Shown here in pieces: positions 18,379 through 26,275 of a stretch of 32,000 nt of DNA. This stretch comes from Erysipelotrichaceae bacterium. Its GTDB lineage: Bacteria; Bacillota_I; Bacilli_A; Erysipelotrichales; Coprobacillaceae. The notes beneath the pieces were generated by a model, which was given only the letters and a program-made list of their open reading frames with translations, had not been told where the DNA came from and made no database searches. The translations under genes and the position numbers were made by a program. The stretch's first letter is position 1; every line of letters begins with the position of its first letter. The stretch is taken from contig JAQVDW010000004.1 in NCBI GenBank assembly GCA_028698185.1, positions 60,001 to 92,000 of the forward strand, in the 5' to 3' direction.

Positions 18379-18740
18379 AAATAGAAAGCATCGCCGGAAA
18401 TTTTTCAGTCTGCATAGTATTCGACTATGACAATATCGACTTATTGGACAAATACACTTTCATCGGTAAAACCGATGAAGAGAATTCCCTTGTCTGTTTG
18501 AGTGAAACAGTCCCTGCAAATGTGATTGAACGGGACGATGGCTTGAAAGGAATGCGGATCCAGGGTGAATTGGATTTTTCTTTGATCGGAATCCTGGCGC
18601 AAATCGCAACAGCCCTTGCAAAAAACAAAATCAGTATTTTTGTGGTATCGACTTTCAATACCGATTACATATTCGTGAAAGAAGCGGATTTCACCAAGGC
18701 GCTTTTAGTCCTGGCAAGCGAGGGTTATGAATTAATCTAG
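18375..18740 (+). CDS. ACT-domain protein (ACT_7 / CASTOR-like small regulatory domain)
   Basis: The start overlaps the upstream stop (ATGA). FSVC...SLVC...GELDFSLIGILAQIATALAKNKISIFVVSTFNTDYIFV is typical of stand-alone ACT proteins. Confidence 0.75.
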   Translation: MKIESIAGNFSVCIVFDYDNIDLLDKYTFIGKTDEENSLVCLSETVPANVIERDDGLKGMRIQGELDFSLIGILAQIATALAKNKISIFVVSTFNTDYIFVKEADFTKALLVLASEGYELI

Positions 18741-18780
18741 CGTTGTCCTAAAGTGCAGGTGTCGAGCTACCAGTTTTCAA

Positions 18781-18812
18781 GTCAGCCTGGAATCATTAAA
18801 GGCTGGCTTTTT
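18781..18812. terminator. hairpin + T-run between convergent ACT and MATE genes
   Basis: GTCAGCC-N13-GGCTGGC followed by TTTTT. Confidence 0.45.
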
Positions 18813-18840
18813 GGTAAACAGGAACACTTTCCCCAATATC

Positions 18841-20235
18841 TTAACTTGAAGTTTCAATCAGGCTGGGGGAATCGGCGGAATTGTTTGGTATTGAACCTTC
18901 GGTCTTTTTCAGTTTGTTGTTGAAAATGAGAAAATAGAAAATACACAACGATACCTGGATCAGCGTTGAACTCGGGGTGGCAAGCCCGATTCTAAACAGT
19001 GATAGGGGCTCAATCTGGCTAAAGAGATAAGACATAGGGATCCGGATGCCAAAAGCCCCAATGATGCCCTGGACCATGACGAAGTTTGCCTTTGAGCAGC
19101 CATTGAAATATCCGACCAGGCAAAAAAGGAAGGCCGTCAGCAGGCAGTCGATGGCATAGGCCTTGAGATATTCCCAGGAAGCGTTGATAACCGGAATCTC
19201 GTTCGAGAATACCCCTGAAAGCAGATTGCCGTGGAAAAATGACAAGTACGCCATCGCGGTACCAGCAAACAAGGAGATGGCGATACCATAAAGCAGGGTT
19301 TTGCGGGCCCGTTGATATTCCTTGGCCCCGTAGTTTTGGGCGACGACAACGGCGACCGCCTGGCTAAAAGCGGAAGGAACAAGCATGATGAATCCGGCCA
19401 GTCTTTCGGCCACCCCGACCCCGGCGGCGGCTATGACTCCCAAGGAGTTGACGATTGTGGTGATCGCCAGAAAAGACAAGCTCACCAAGCCATCTTGCAA
19501 GGCAATCGGCGCCCCGTATCTTATGATCCGGATTGTCAATTCTTTGTGGAATCTTATGGATGATCTTGAAAATTCAAAAGGCAGACCCTGTTTTTTGATG
19601 ATCACAGTGGCAAGGACAACGCTTGTAGCCTGGGCGATAACTGTTGCCAGGGCCGCTCCCATCACTCCCAAATGAAAACCGGTGACAAAAACAACATCTC
19701 CGATGATGTTGACAACACAGGCGATTGTGACCACAATCAAAGGGGTTTTGGAATCTCCCAGGCCCCGGAAAATACTGCCGATCACATTGAAGGCGACGAT
19801 AAACAGGCTGCCGGCCCCGCAAATGCGCAGATAGAGCACAGTATCGCCAAATGACTCACCCGGGACGTGCAGGATATTTGAAATGGCTCCAGCGAAAACA
19901 AGCATTGTGGCAGTGATGAAAACTGCGAGCACCAAAAAGATGGCAATCGCGCTGCCAATCACATTGCCAGCTTCTTTTGATTGGCCACTCCCGAGCATCT
20001 GGCCTATAAGGATGGTGACGCCCATCGCCAATCCATTGATGACCGATGTGACACTCAACATCACCTGGCTACCCGAGGCGACTGCCAGGATATCCGGCGC
20101 ATTGCCCCATTGCCCGACAATCACCAAATCTACCGCCCCGTACATTACCTGGAGCAACATTGCCAGTAGCACCGGCAAGGCAAACATGATTAAAGGTAAA
20201 AATAATTTACCAGTTGTAAAATCGGATATTTTCAT
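18841..20235 (-). CDS. MATE-family efflux transporter
   Basis: ~12 hydrophobic segments with a typical MATE N-terminus (TGKLFLPLIMFALPVLLAMLLQVMYGAVDLVIVG). I set the start at ATG 20235 (MKISDF, AAAGGA SD), because the longest-ORF start at 20280 lies inside the leader terminator hairpin. Confidence 0.85.
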   Translation of the reverse strand: MKISDFTTGKLFLPLIMFALPVLLAMLLQVMYGAVDLVIVGQWGNAPDILAVASGSQVMLSVTSVINGLAMGVTILIGQMLGSGQSKEAGNVIGSAIAIFLVLAVFITATMLVFAGAISNILHVPGESFGDTVLYLRICGAGSLFIVAFNVIGSIFRGLGDSKTPLIVVTIACVVNIIGDVVFVTGFHLGVMGAALATVIAQATSVVLATVIIKKQGLPFEFSRSSIRFHKELTIRIIRYGAPIALQDGLVSLSFLAITTIVNSLGVIAAAGVGVAERLAGFIMLVPSAFSQAVAVVVAQNYGAKEYQRARKTLLYGIAISLFAGTAMAYLSFFHGNLLSGVFSNEIPVINASWEYLKAYAIDCLLTAFLFCLVGYFNGCSKANFVMVQGIIGAFGIRIPMSYLFSQIEPLSLFRIGLATPSSTLIQVSLCIFYFLIFNNKLKKTEGSIPNNSADSPSLIETSS

Positions 20236-20256
20236 AATAAACATTCCTTTCATGAC

Positions 20257-20307
20257 AAAAAAAGCCGGACAAGAAGGCATATCTCTCGATATACCATCTT
20301 ATCCGGC
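20257..20307 (-). terminator. leader (attenuator) terminator immediately upstream of the MATE start
   Basis: On the minus strand, GCCGGATAAGATGGTATATC-GAGA-GATATGCCTTCTTGTCCGGC forms 20 pairing positions with 1 mismatch and 2 G-U pairs. It is followed by TTTTTTT. Confidence 0.7.
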
Positions 20308-20365
20308 AAAATCACTTCTTAGAGTTATTCTCTATGGAGCAAGTCTCCTCCGATGAATCCCTATT

Positions 20366-20394
20366 AGCTTATCATGACTTGAAATTAATGTCAA
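20366..20394 (-). promoter_or_regulatory. sigma-A-type promoter for the MATE leader
   Basis: Minus strand: TTGACA, a 17-nt spacer, then TAAGCT preceded by TGa (extended -10). Confidence 0.45.
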
Positions 20395-20724
20395 TATGGC
20401 GCTGTGGCATTTTTGGTTGGTCTTTCAGGGTGATTCCTTTGGGGCTTGTAGCTTAGTGTTTCTGATTTTTTTGCAACTCGGGCGGTAACAGGGCCGGGCC
20501 CGTAATTTATTTGCATTTCTCGAAGTGCGCTTTGAAGACGAGCTGTTACGGTTCTGCCTCGAAGTCGCTCAGGACATTCTCCTGCGCTTTTTTGATCATA
20601 TTCTTTTGCGGGATCTTGTGATTTTGACAAAATGCATTACATTATGATAGACTGAATTAACCAAGTTACGGACCTTCTCATCAGGATAACGACTCTGGTA
20701 AAATAGAGAAAATGGAGTAGGTCT

Positions 20725-21330
20725 ATGATTTTTTTATTGGATAATTACGATTCGTTTGTCTACAACCTGGCTGCATATATAAGGGAGTCAGGCGAAGAGA
20801 TAATAGTGAAACGGGCAGACGAGGTGGATCTGGAACAGATCAAAAGCATGAGTCCCGATGGGATAATAATTTCACCGGGCCCGAAACGGCCTCAGGATGC
20901 GAAGCTGTCGATTACGGTAGTTAAGGAATTCCAAGGCAAGATCCCCTTGCTCGGGGTGTGCCTGGGCCACCAGGTCATCGCCCACTTCTATGGGGCAAAC
21001 GTCATAAAAGGTAAAATCCCGGTTCATGGCAAGGTCACCCCGATCATAAACAATGGCCAGGGCATATTTGAGGGGCTGCCGGAAAGATACCAGGTGACCC
21101 GATATCATTCCCTGGTCGTTGCCAAAGCATCGATTCCAACATTCATGCAAATCGATGCCACGACTGATGATGGTGTGGTCATGGGGATTTCCCATAAGGA
21201 ATATCCGCTTTATGGGGTGCAGTTCCATCCCGAAGCCGTATTGAGCGAATACGGCCATGAGCTGCTGAAAAATTTCATCGAAATATCCAAAGATTGGAGG
21301 TATCGCCATGGCAACAATCAGGACTTATAA
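20725..21330 (+). CDS. pabA: aminodeoxychorismate (or anthranilate) synthase component II, glutamine amidotransferase
   Basis: Class I GATase: MIFLLDNYDSFVYNL, GVCLGHQ, VQFHPE. The pab assignment comes from context: an ADC lyase lies downstream and no trp genes are present. Confidence 0.8.
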   Translation: MIFLLDNYDSFVYNLAAYIRESGEEIIVKRADEVDLEQIKSMSPDGIIISPGPKRPQDAKLSITVVKEFQGKIPLLGVCLGHQVIAHFYGANVIKGKIPVHGKVTPIINNGQGIFEGLPERYQVTRYHSLVVAKASIPTFMQIDATTDDGVVMGISHKEYPLYGVQFHPEAVLSEYGHELLKNFIEISKDWRYRHGNNQDL

Positions 21331-22666
21331 AGAATATCCGCCAATTGACAAGGTTTTCGACCTGTATCAGGATGAAAGCCATGCGGTCTTTCTCGACTCT
21401 TCCTTGCGAAATTCTCTGGGCCGGTATTCGATCATCGGGATCCATCCCTACATGACCCTGGTAAATGGGGAGCAGTTCACACTCAACGACAAGGTCATGG
21501 ATTGCACATTTGAAGAATTTCTCAAGGACCACCTCAAGGGCAATTTCGAGGAAAACAAGACCGGTCTGCCCATCGTGTCCGGGGCTATCGGATATTTTTC
21601 CTATGACTACGGCCTGAAAAAGGAAGGCCTTGTTTCCAGGCATGAAAAGGAAGTTGAGATTCCCGATTGCGTCTTTTGTTTCTACGATGTGTTCATCATC
21701 GAGGACCATCAAGAAAAACAGCTCCACCTGGTCGCCAATGGCCAGGGGATGGCATGCGAAGCAAGACTCGATATTATCGAGACACAGATAACAAATATAA
21801 AAACAAAAAAACCACAACCGGGGTATGGGCAGGTTGAAACTAAAGTGGAAGCGAACTTTTCCAAGAACGATTATCTTTGTGCCCTCGAAAAGATGATCGA
21901 CTACATTATCGAGGGCGATATCTATATCGCGAACATGACCCAGAAGCTTAGGATAAAGAGTCCCTGCGGGCCATATGAACTGTTTAAAAAACTAAGGCAG
22001 GATAATCCGTCCCCTTTTGGCGGCTATTTCAATTATGATGATTTCCAGGTGGTCTGCGCATCGCCGGAACGTTTCCTGAAGATGACCGACCGCCATGTTG
22101 TCACCCGGCCGATCAAAGGTACTCGAAAAAGGGGCACTACCCGGCAAGAAGACGAGATGAACCGTCAGGAACTGGCCAATTCGCAAAAGGACAAAAGCGA
22201 ACTGCTGATGATTGTCGATCTCGAAAGAAACGACCTCAATAAGGTATGCATACCTGGAACGGTGAAAGTGGGCGAACTTTTTACAGTGGAACAGTATGCG
22301 ACCGTATTTCACCTTGTTTCCAATATCGATGGCGATCTGGAAGAGGGATTGACGGCCATGGATCTGATCGGCGCGACATTTCCCGGCGGTTCGATCACCG
22401 GAGCTCCTAAGCTGCGGGCAATGGAAGTCATCGATGAGCTCGAACATGGCCGCCGCGACCTGTATACCGGATCGATGGGTTATATGTCATTGGATGGCAA
22501 CTGCGATTTCAACATTGTCATCCGCACCGCCCTGTACCAGAATGGCACTTACCATCTGGGCGTGGGCGGGGGCATCACCTGCGAATCGATACTTGAAGAC
22601 GAGTACGAAGAGACGATGCAAAAAGCGAAAGCGATATTGGAAAGCCTGAAAATAAAAGAAATGTAG
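21308..22666 (+). CDS. pabB: aminodeoxychorismate synthase component I (chorismate-binding enzyme)
   Basis: GGAGG SD 7 nt upstream. It overlaps pabA by 23 nt. Chorismate-binding motifs are present: SPERFL, TRPIKGT, ELLMIVDLERND, FPGGSITGAPK, GVGGGIT. Confidence 0.8.
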   Translation: MATIRTYKEYPPIDKVFDLYQDESHAVFLDSSLRNSLGRYSIIGIHPYMTLVNGEQFTLNDKVMDCTFEEFLKDHLKGNFEENKTGLPIVSGAIGYFSYDYGLKKEGLVSRHEKEVEIPDCVFCFYDVFIIEDHQEKQLHLVANGQGMACEARLDIIETQITNIKTKKPQPGYGQVETKVEANFSKNDYLCALEKMIDYIIEGDIYIANMTQKLRIKSPCGPYELFKKLRQDNPSPFGGYFNYDDFQVVCASPERFLKMTDRHVVTRPIKGTRKRGTTRQEDEMNRQELANSQKDKSELLMIVDLERNDLNKVCIPGTVKVGELFTVEQYATVFHLVSNIDGDLEEGLTAMDLIGATFPGGSITGAPKLRAMEVIDELEHGRRDLYTGSMGYMSLDGNCDFNIVIRTALYQNGTYHLGVGGGITCESILEDEYEETMQKAKAILESLKIKEM

Positions 22667-22676
22667 AGGTAGAGAG

Positions 22677-23405
22677 ATGATCTTGGATGATGGATATCAG
22701 TTTGGTCTGGGCGCCTTTGAAACAATTGCGATACATCGGGGCGTCCCGTTATTTTTAGGACCGCATCTCGCCCGGATGGATAGAACACTGGATTTTTTGA
22801 AGATTGATAATCGGGTCAGTGAAGAGGAAGTTCAGGAGTACCTGAGACAAAACCAGTTGGCCAATGGCGGTTTGAAAATCATGGTTTCGCAAAACAACAT
22901 AATTTTTACCAGGAGAAAAAATCCCTATCGAGTGGATAAGTACCAGAATGGTGCGATCATGGGATACAGCGATTTCAAAAGGAATGAAACATCACCTTTG
23001 ATTTGCCACAAGACCCTCAACTACGGCGAATGCATCCTGGAAAACCGCAAGGCGAAAGACCGGGGTCTCGACGAGATCATTTTCCTTAATACAAAAGGCG
23101 AGATATGCGAGGGCACGGTATCGAACATCTTTTTTGTCAGGGACGGGACGATATATACCCCGGAAAAAACGTGCGGACTGCTTCCGGGGGTCATCCGGGA
23201 TTTCGTCCTGGAAAACAATCCGGCAAAACAGACTGTTATAATGCCTGATGATGTTAATTCATATGATGAATGTTTCATCACCAATTCCCTGATGGGAATC
23301 ATGCCGGTAAAACAGCTAGGCAGCCATGTTTTTTCAAAAAGAGATGTGACAGACCGGATAATGAAGCAATACCGCAAAGAACTTTCAAAGCAGATCTCCA
23401 AATGA
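22677..23405 (+). CDS. pabC: aminodeoxychorismate lyase (class IV aminotransferase fold)
   Basis: 242 aa. N-terminal FGLGAFET plus a C-terminal fold-type IV pattern (EGTVSNIFFV ... ITNSLMGIMPV). Position after pabAB. Confidence 0.75.
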   Translation: MILDDGYQFGLGAFETIAIHRGVPLFLGPHLARMDRTLDFLKIDNRVSEEEVQEYLRQNQLANGGLKIMVSQNNIIFTRRKNPYRVDKYQNGAIMGYSDFKRNETSPLICHKTLNYGECILENRKAKDRGLDEIIFLNTKGEICEGTVSNIFFVRDGTIYTPEKTCGLLPGVIRDFVLENNPAKQTVIMPDDVNSYDECFITNSLMGIMPVKQLGSHVFSKRDVTDRIMKQYRKELSKQISK

Positions 23406-23603
23406 TTGAACGGGTTTATTTTACCGGCAACAAGCCCGGTATCGGGATTGAGAAAAAGACATCAGATAAAAAAGGCCCATGGCTGCTTACTGGATGTAAA
23501 CGCCAATAGGACCTGATGAATTTCAAGATGGAATCAATCCATGATTCCCTGGGTCGGTGCTTGATGATCGGATGGGATGTCTCATGATGGCACCGCAGAA
23601 AGT

Positions 23604-23993
23604 TCATTTTGAGCGGCCAAGCAGTTGCCAGGCTGATAGAAAACCGTGTTTCAGGGCTTTAAGGGGCATGTGGAAAATCATCCTCGGGCCTGAATAACGC
23701 ATTACCTTACGGATTTGGTTGCGCCTGTCATTGGGGTAACATGGCGTTTTACAGGCGGAGCAAAATGTCTTGGTGGCCATATGGGGGCAAGCGGCAGTCC
23801 TTGAAAGGGCGAATGTTTCCAGTTCCTGACACTCGGGGCAAAGCTTCCTGATCTCAGGATGACCGGATAGGAGGTGCCAACCTTTTTTGCCTTGGTGGTT
23901 CCCGTTGCAATATATCGCAATCATGATTTTCAGGGTCTCCATTTCTTTTGCCCTTTTTTTCGCTGTTTTTGGTGATTCCTTCTGTTTGTCCAT
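23604..23993 (-). CDS. YgbA-like nitrous-oxide-stimulated-promoter family protein (Cys-rich)
   Basis: IMIAIYCNGNH...LCPECQEL...CPHM...FCSACKTPCY...VMRYSGPRM matches the YgbA_NO family pattern as I recall it. I set the start at ATG 23993 (MDKQKE), downstream of a consensus promoter. Confidence 0.75.
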   Translation of the reverse strand: MDKQKESPKTAKKRAKEMETLKIMIAIYCNGNHQGKKGWHLLSGHPEIRKLCPECQELETFALSRTAACPHMATKTFCSACKTPCYPNDRRNQIRKVMRYSGPRMIFHMPLKALKHGFLSAWQLLGRSK

Positions 23994-24050
23994 TTTGCGC
24001 CTCGCTTTGATTTCAGGATGGAAATTGTCGAATTGAAGGTCGATTTGAAA

Positions 24051-24101
24051 ATATTTGACTATGCATACAAATATCATAATCTTAGTTTACAAACATGTCA
24101 A
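24051..24101 (-). promoter_or_regulatory. near-consensus promoter of the ygbA-like gene with an overlapping palindromic operator
   Basis: Minus strand: TTGACA (24101-24096), 17-nt spacer, TATGAT (24078-24073). The palindrome ATATTTG-N10-CAAATAT (24051-24074) spans the -10 to the early transcribed region. Confidence 0.5.
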
Positions 24102-24263
24102 CAGGGCCGTTAGACAATCATAAACCCTGGACTGTCATATTCCCCGGACTTATCAAAATGGACCGGCCACCAGGGAACCGCCCATATTTTTCATGGAAGA
24201 TTGAGCGGATCCGGGTAAAATACAAGACATCGCATCCACCCAAGAAGATTAGGAGAACCACAT

Positions 24264-24710
24264 ATGAAGATAAGAAAAATCATACCCCATGACCGGGAAA
24301 AGTTGTTTGCAATGATGCGCGAGTTTTACGATTCGCCGGCCTTGCTGGAAACTGTGCCGGATGAAATATTGCACCGCGACATCGATGATTGCCTTGGCGA
24401 ACTGCCTTTTGTCGAGGGATTCGTCTTTGAAAAAGAAGGGGAAATCATCGGCTATGGCATGATTGCCAAAAGCTATTCGACTGAGTTTGGCTGCGTCTGT
24501 ATCTGGGTCGAGGACCTGTATCTGCTGCCTCTTTACCGGGGGCAGGGACTCGGCGGAAAGTTCTTTGGTTTTGTCGAGGACCTTTATCAAAATCAGCCAG
24601 TCCGTTTCCGGCTTGAGGTTGAGCCAAACAATCTCAATGCCATCAAGGCTTACCGGAAAAACGGCTACCGCCAGTTGGGTTATGTCCAGATGGCCAAAGA
24701 GAAAAAATGA
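24264..24710 (+). CDS. GNAT-family N-acetyltransferase
   Basis: AGGAGAA SD. Acetyl-CoA motif LYRGQGLGGKFF. 148 aa. Confidence 0.8.
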   Translation: MKIRKIIPHDREKLFAMMREFYDSPALLETVPDEILHRDIDDCLGELPFVEGFVFEKEGEIIGYGMIAKSYSTEFGCVCIWVEDLYLLPLYRGQGLGGKFFGFVEDLYQNQPVRFRLEVEPNNLNAIKAYRKNGYRQLGYVQMAKEKK

Positions 24711-24818
24711 GCGACGATGGCGCTAAAAGCAATTATATTATCATATTGGTTGCTTTCGATCTGAAATCGATTATAATCTAGCCATAGATACATAATGATG
24801 ACAAATAAGAGGTGGATT

Positions 24819-25466
24819 ATGATTACCAAAGAAATGAAAATCGAAGAAGTAGTGAAGCAAAATCCCGATGCAATCGATATCTTGAGCGAATGCCAGATCG
24901 ATTTTTGTTGCGGCGGAAAGCAGGTCCTTAACAACGCGGCAAAAGAGGCGGGTCAGGATCCCGATGAGCTTGTAGCCAGAATCGCAAGCTACCGGCGGCC
25001 CGGCAAGGCTGACGACTGGCGCCAGGTATTGGATTTCAACAGGGAAGAGCTGATCAATTATATCGTGGTCAAGCATCATCGCCAGGAAGAATTGCTTATC
25101 GAGGAAGTGGAAAGACTGCTTGCCAAGATTCTCTATGTCCATTACCGCTCCCATCAGGACAGCCTCGCCCCGATCTATCGGACTTTTTTGGAATTAAAGG
25201 GGGAACTGACGCCCCATTTCGCCCAGGAAGAGAAGATTGATTTCCCGGCGGCACTTGCAGGTGATCCCATCGATTGGTCAGGCCTGAAAGATGACCATGA
25301 ACAGGTGGGCGGGCTATTGAAAAAGCTTCAGGAACTGAGCTCTGATTTCACCCCGCCCGATGATGCCTGCACGACCTATCGGCGGGCCTTTGAGAAGCTC
25401 CATGAACTTGTTGACGACATCCATCTTCACGTGTTCCTGGAAAATTCCGTCCTGTTTGAAAAATAA
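24819..25466 (+). CDS. scdA: iron-sulfur cluster repair di-iron protein (RIC / ScdA / YtfE family)
   Basis: GAGGTGG SD before ATG 24819. It has the ScdA_N motif QIDFCCGG and hemerythrin-like His/Glu pairs (KHHRQEE, PHFAQEE, HLHVFLEN). Confidence 0.85.
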   Translation: MITKEMKIEEVVKQNPDAIDILSECQIDFCCGGKQVLNNAAKEAGQDPDELVARIASYRRPGKADDWRQVLDFNREELINYIVVKHHRQEELLIEEVERLLAKILYVHYRSHQDSLAPIYRTFLELKGELTPHFAQEEKIDFPAALAGDPIDWSGLKDDHEQVGGLLKKLQELSSDFTPPDDACTTYRRAFEKLHELVDDIHLHVFLENSVLFEK

Positions 25467-25478
25467 CCATTATCGCTT

Positions 25479-25504
25479 AGGAAGGCTTGGTCCTTCCTTT
25501 TTTT
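25479..25504 (+). terminator. rho-independent terminator after the RIC gene
   Basis: AGGAAGG-N6-CCTTCCT perfect stem followed by T6. Confidence 0.8.
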
Positions 25505-25586
25505 GTTTCATTTCCCAAAAAACCGGGATTATGATTTGGAAAGAATGGCTGATTTGGTATAATTGAAAATAAGGGGGATAAAATGC

Positions 25587-26240
25587 ATGAAAATCAAAAA
25601 AATTACCGCGGCAGTGTTTCTGCTGGGCTGTCTGGGGATTGCGGCCTTTGTTTGGGCAAGTCGAATTGATCTGATTCCAAGCAAGGGGTATAGCGATGGG
25701 GATTTCCAGATAGCAACTTACCATAGTCCAAATGACCAAGACGGCGACGGGATCGATGACCAGACGGACCTGCTTAAGGGAGTGAAGGACTACATCGCGA
25801 CCAAACCCAAATACAAAAGCAAATATTATGCCACCGGATATCCTGATGATGGCTATGGGGTCTGCAGTGATGTGGTGGCTTTTGGCCTTCTTGGTGCCGG
25901 CTACGACCTGCAGGCTCTTGTCGATGGGGACGTCAAAGAAAATCCCGGACTTTATGACATCGACATTCCCGATGCCAATATCGATTTCCGCCGGGTCCGC
26001 AATCTCCAGGTCTACTTCGACCACAACGCCATTACCCTGACCACCGATCTTGGAAGGATCGACCAGTTCCAGGGGGGCGACATCGTCATCTTCAAAAACC
26101 ATATCGGAATCGTATCCGACTTGCGCAACAAGGACGGGATTCCCTTTTTGATCCACCATGCCGGGGTTTTCCAGCTGCGCTACCAGGAAAATGCCATGGA
26201 AAAACAGGGGCCGGTTCTGGGCCATTATCGCATCAGCTAG
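25587..26240 (+). CDS. DUF1287-family lipoprotein
   Basis: AAGGGGG SD before ATG 25587. Signal peptide with lipobox LLGC. GVCSDVVAFGL...NIDFRRVRNLQVYF...GDIVIF..HIGIV resembles DUF1287 (recalled, not searched). Confidence 0.7.
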   Translation: MKIKKITAAVFLLGCLGIAAFVWASRIDLIPSKGYSDGDFQIATYHSPNDQDGDGIDDQTDLLKGVKDYIATKPKYKSKYYATGYPDDGYGVCSDVVAFGLLGAGYDLQALVDGDVKENPGLYDIDIPDANIDFRRVRNLQVYFDHNAITLTTDLGRIDQFQGGDIVIFKNHIGIVSDLRNKDGIPFLIHHAGVFQLRYQENAMEKQGPVLGHYRIS

Positions 26241-26275
26241 TCTAATTATACTTAAACAGGAAAATGGGGGAAGTC

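Noticed and set aside
20308-20360. Possible guanidine-I (ykkC) aptamer in the MATE leader, because of a UAGGGAUUC start
   Set aside because: The rest of the ykkC consensus as I remember it (GGUCCGAGAG, ACGG, GGGA, AAAGCCCGGGAGA blocks) is absent, and the leader is too short for that fold.
20391-20630. 79-aa minus-strand ORF upstream of the MATE leader
   Set aside because: It has a TTG start without an SD and a low-complexity charged sequence with no motif. It lies upstream of the predicted MATE promoter. I kept it only as part of the unassigned-segment finding.
20641-20724. THF or other folate-related riboswitch upstream of pabA
   Set aside because: The leader is only about 60-80 nt and I could not fold it into a multi-stem aptamer or see conserved THF-type blocks. 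It is probably a plain 5' UTR.
23416-23607. 63-aa His/Trp-rich ORF whose ATG overlaps the ygbA-like stop (ATGA)
   Set aside because: The overlap is suggestive, but there is no SD, no hydrophobic or structural pattern I recognise, and it fills the convergent spacer with pabC. It is probably a chance frame. Ribosome profiling or conservation would be needed to revive it.
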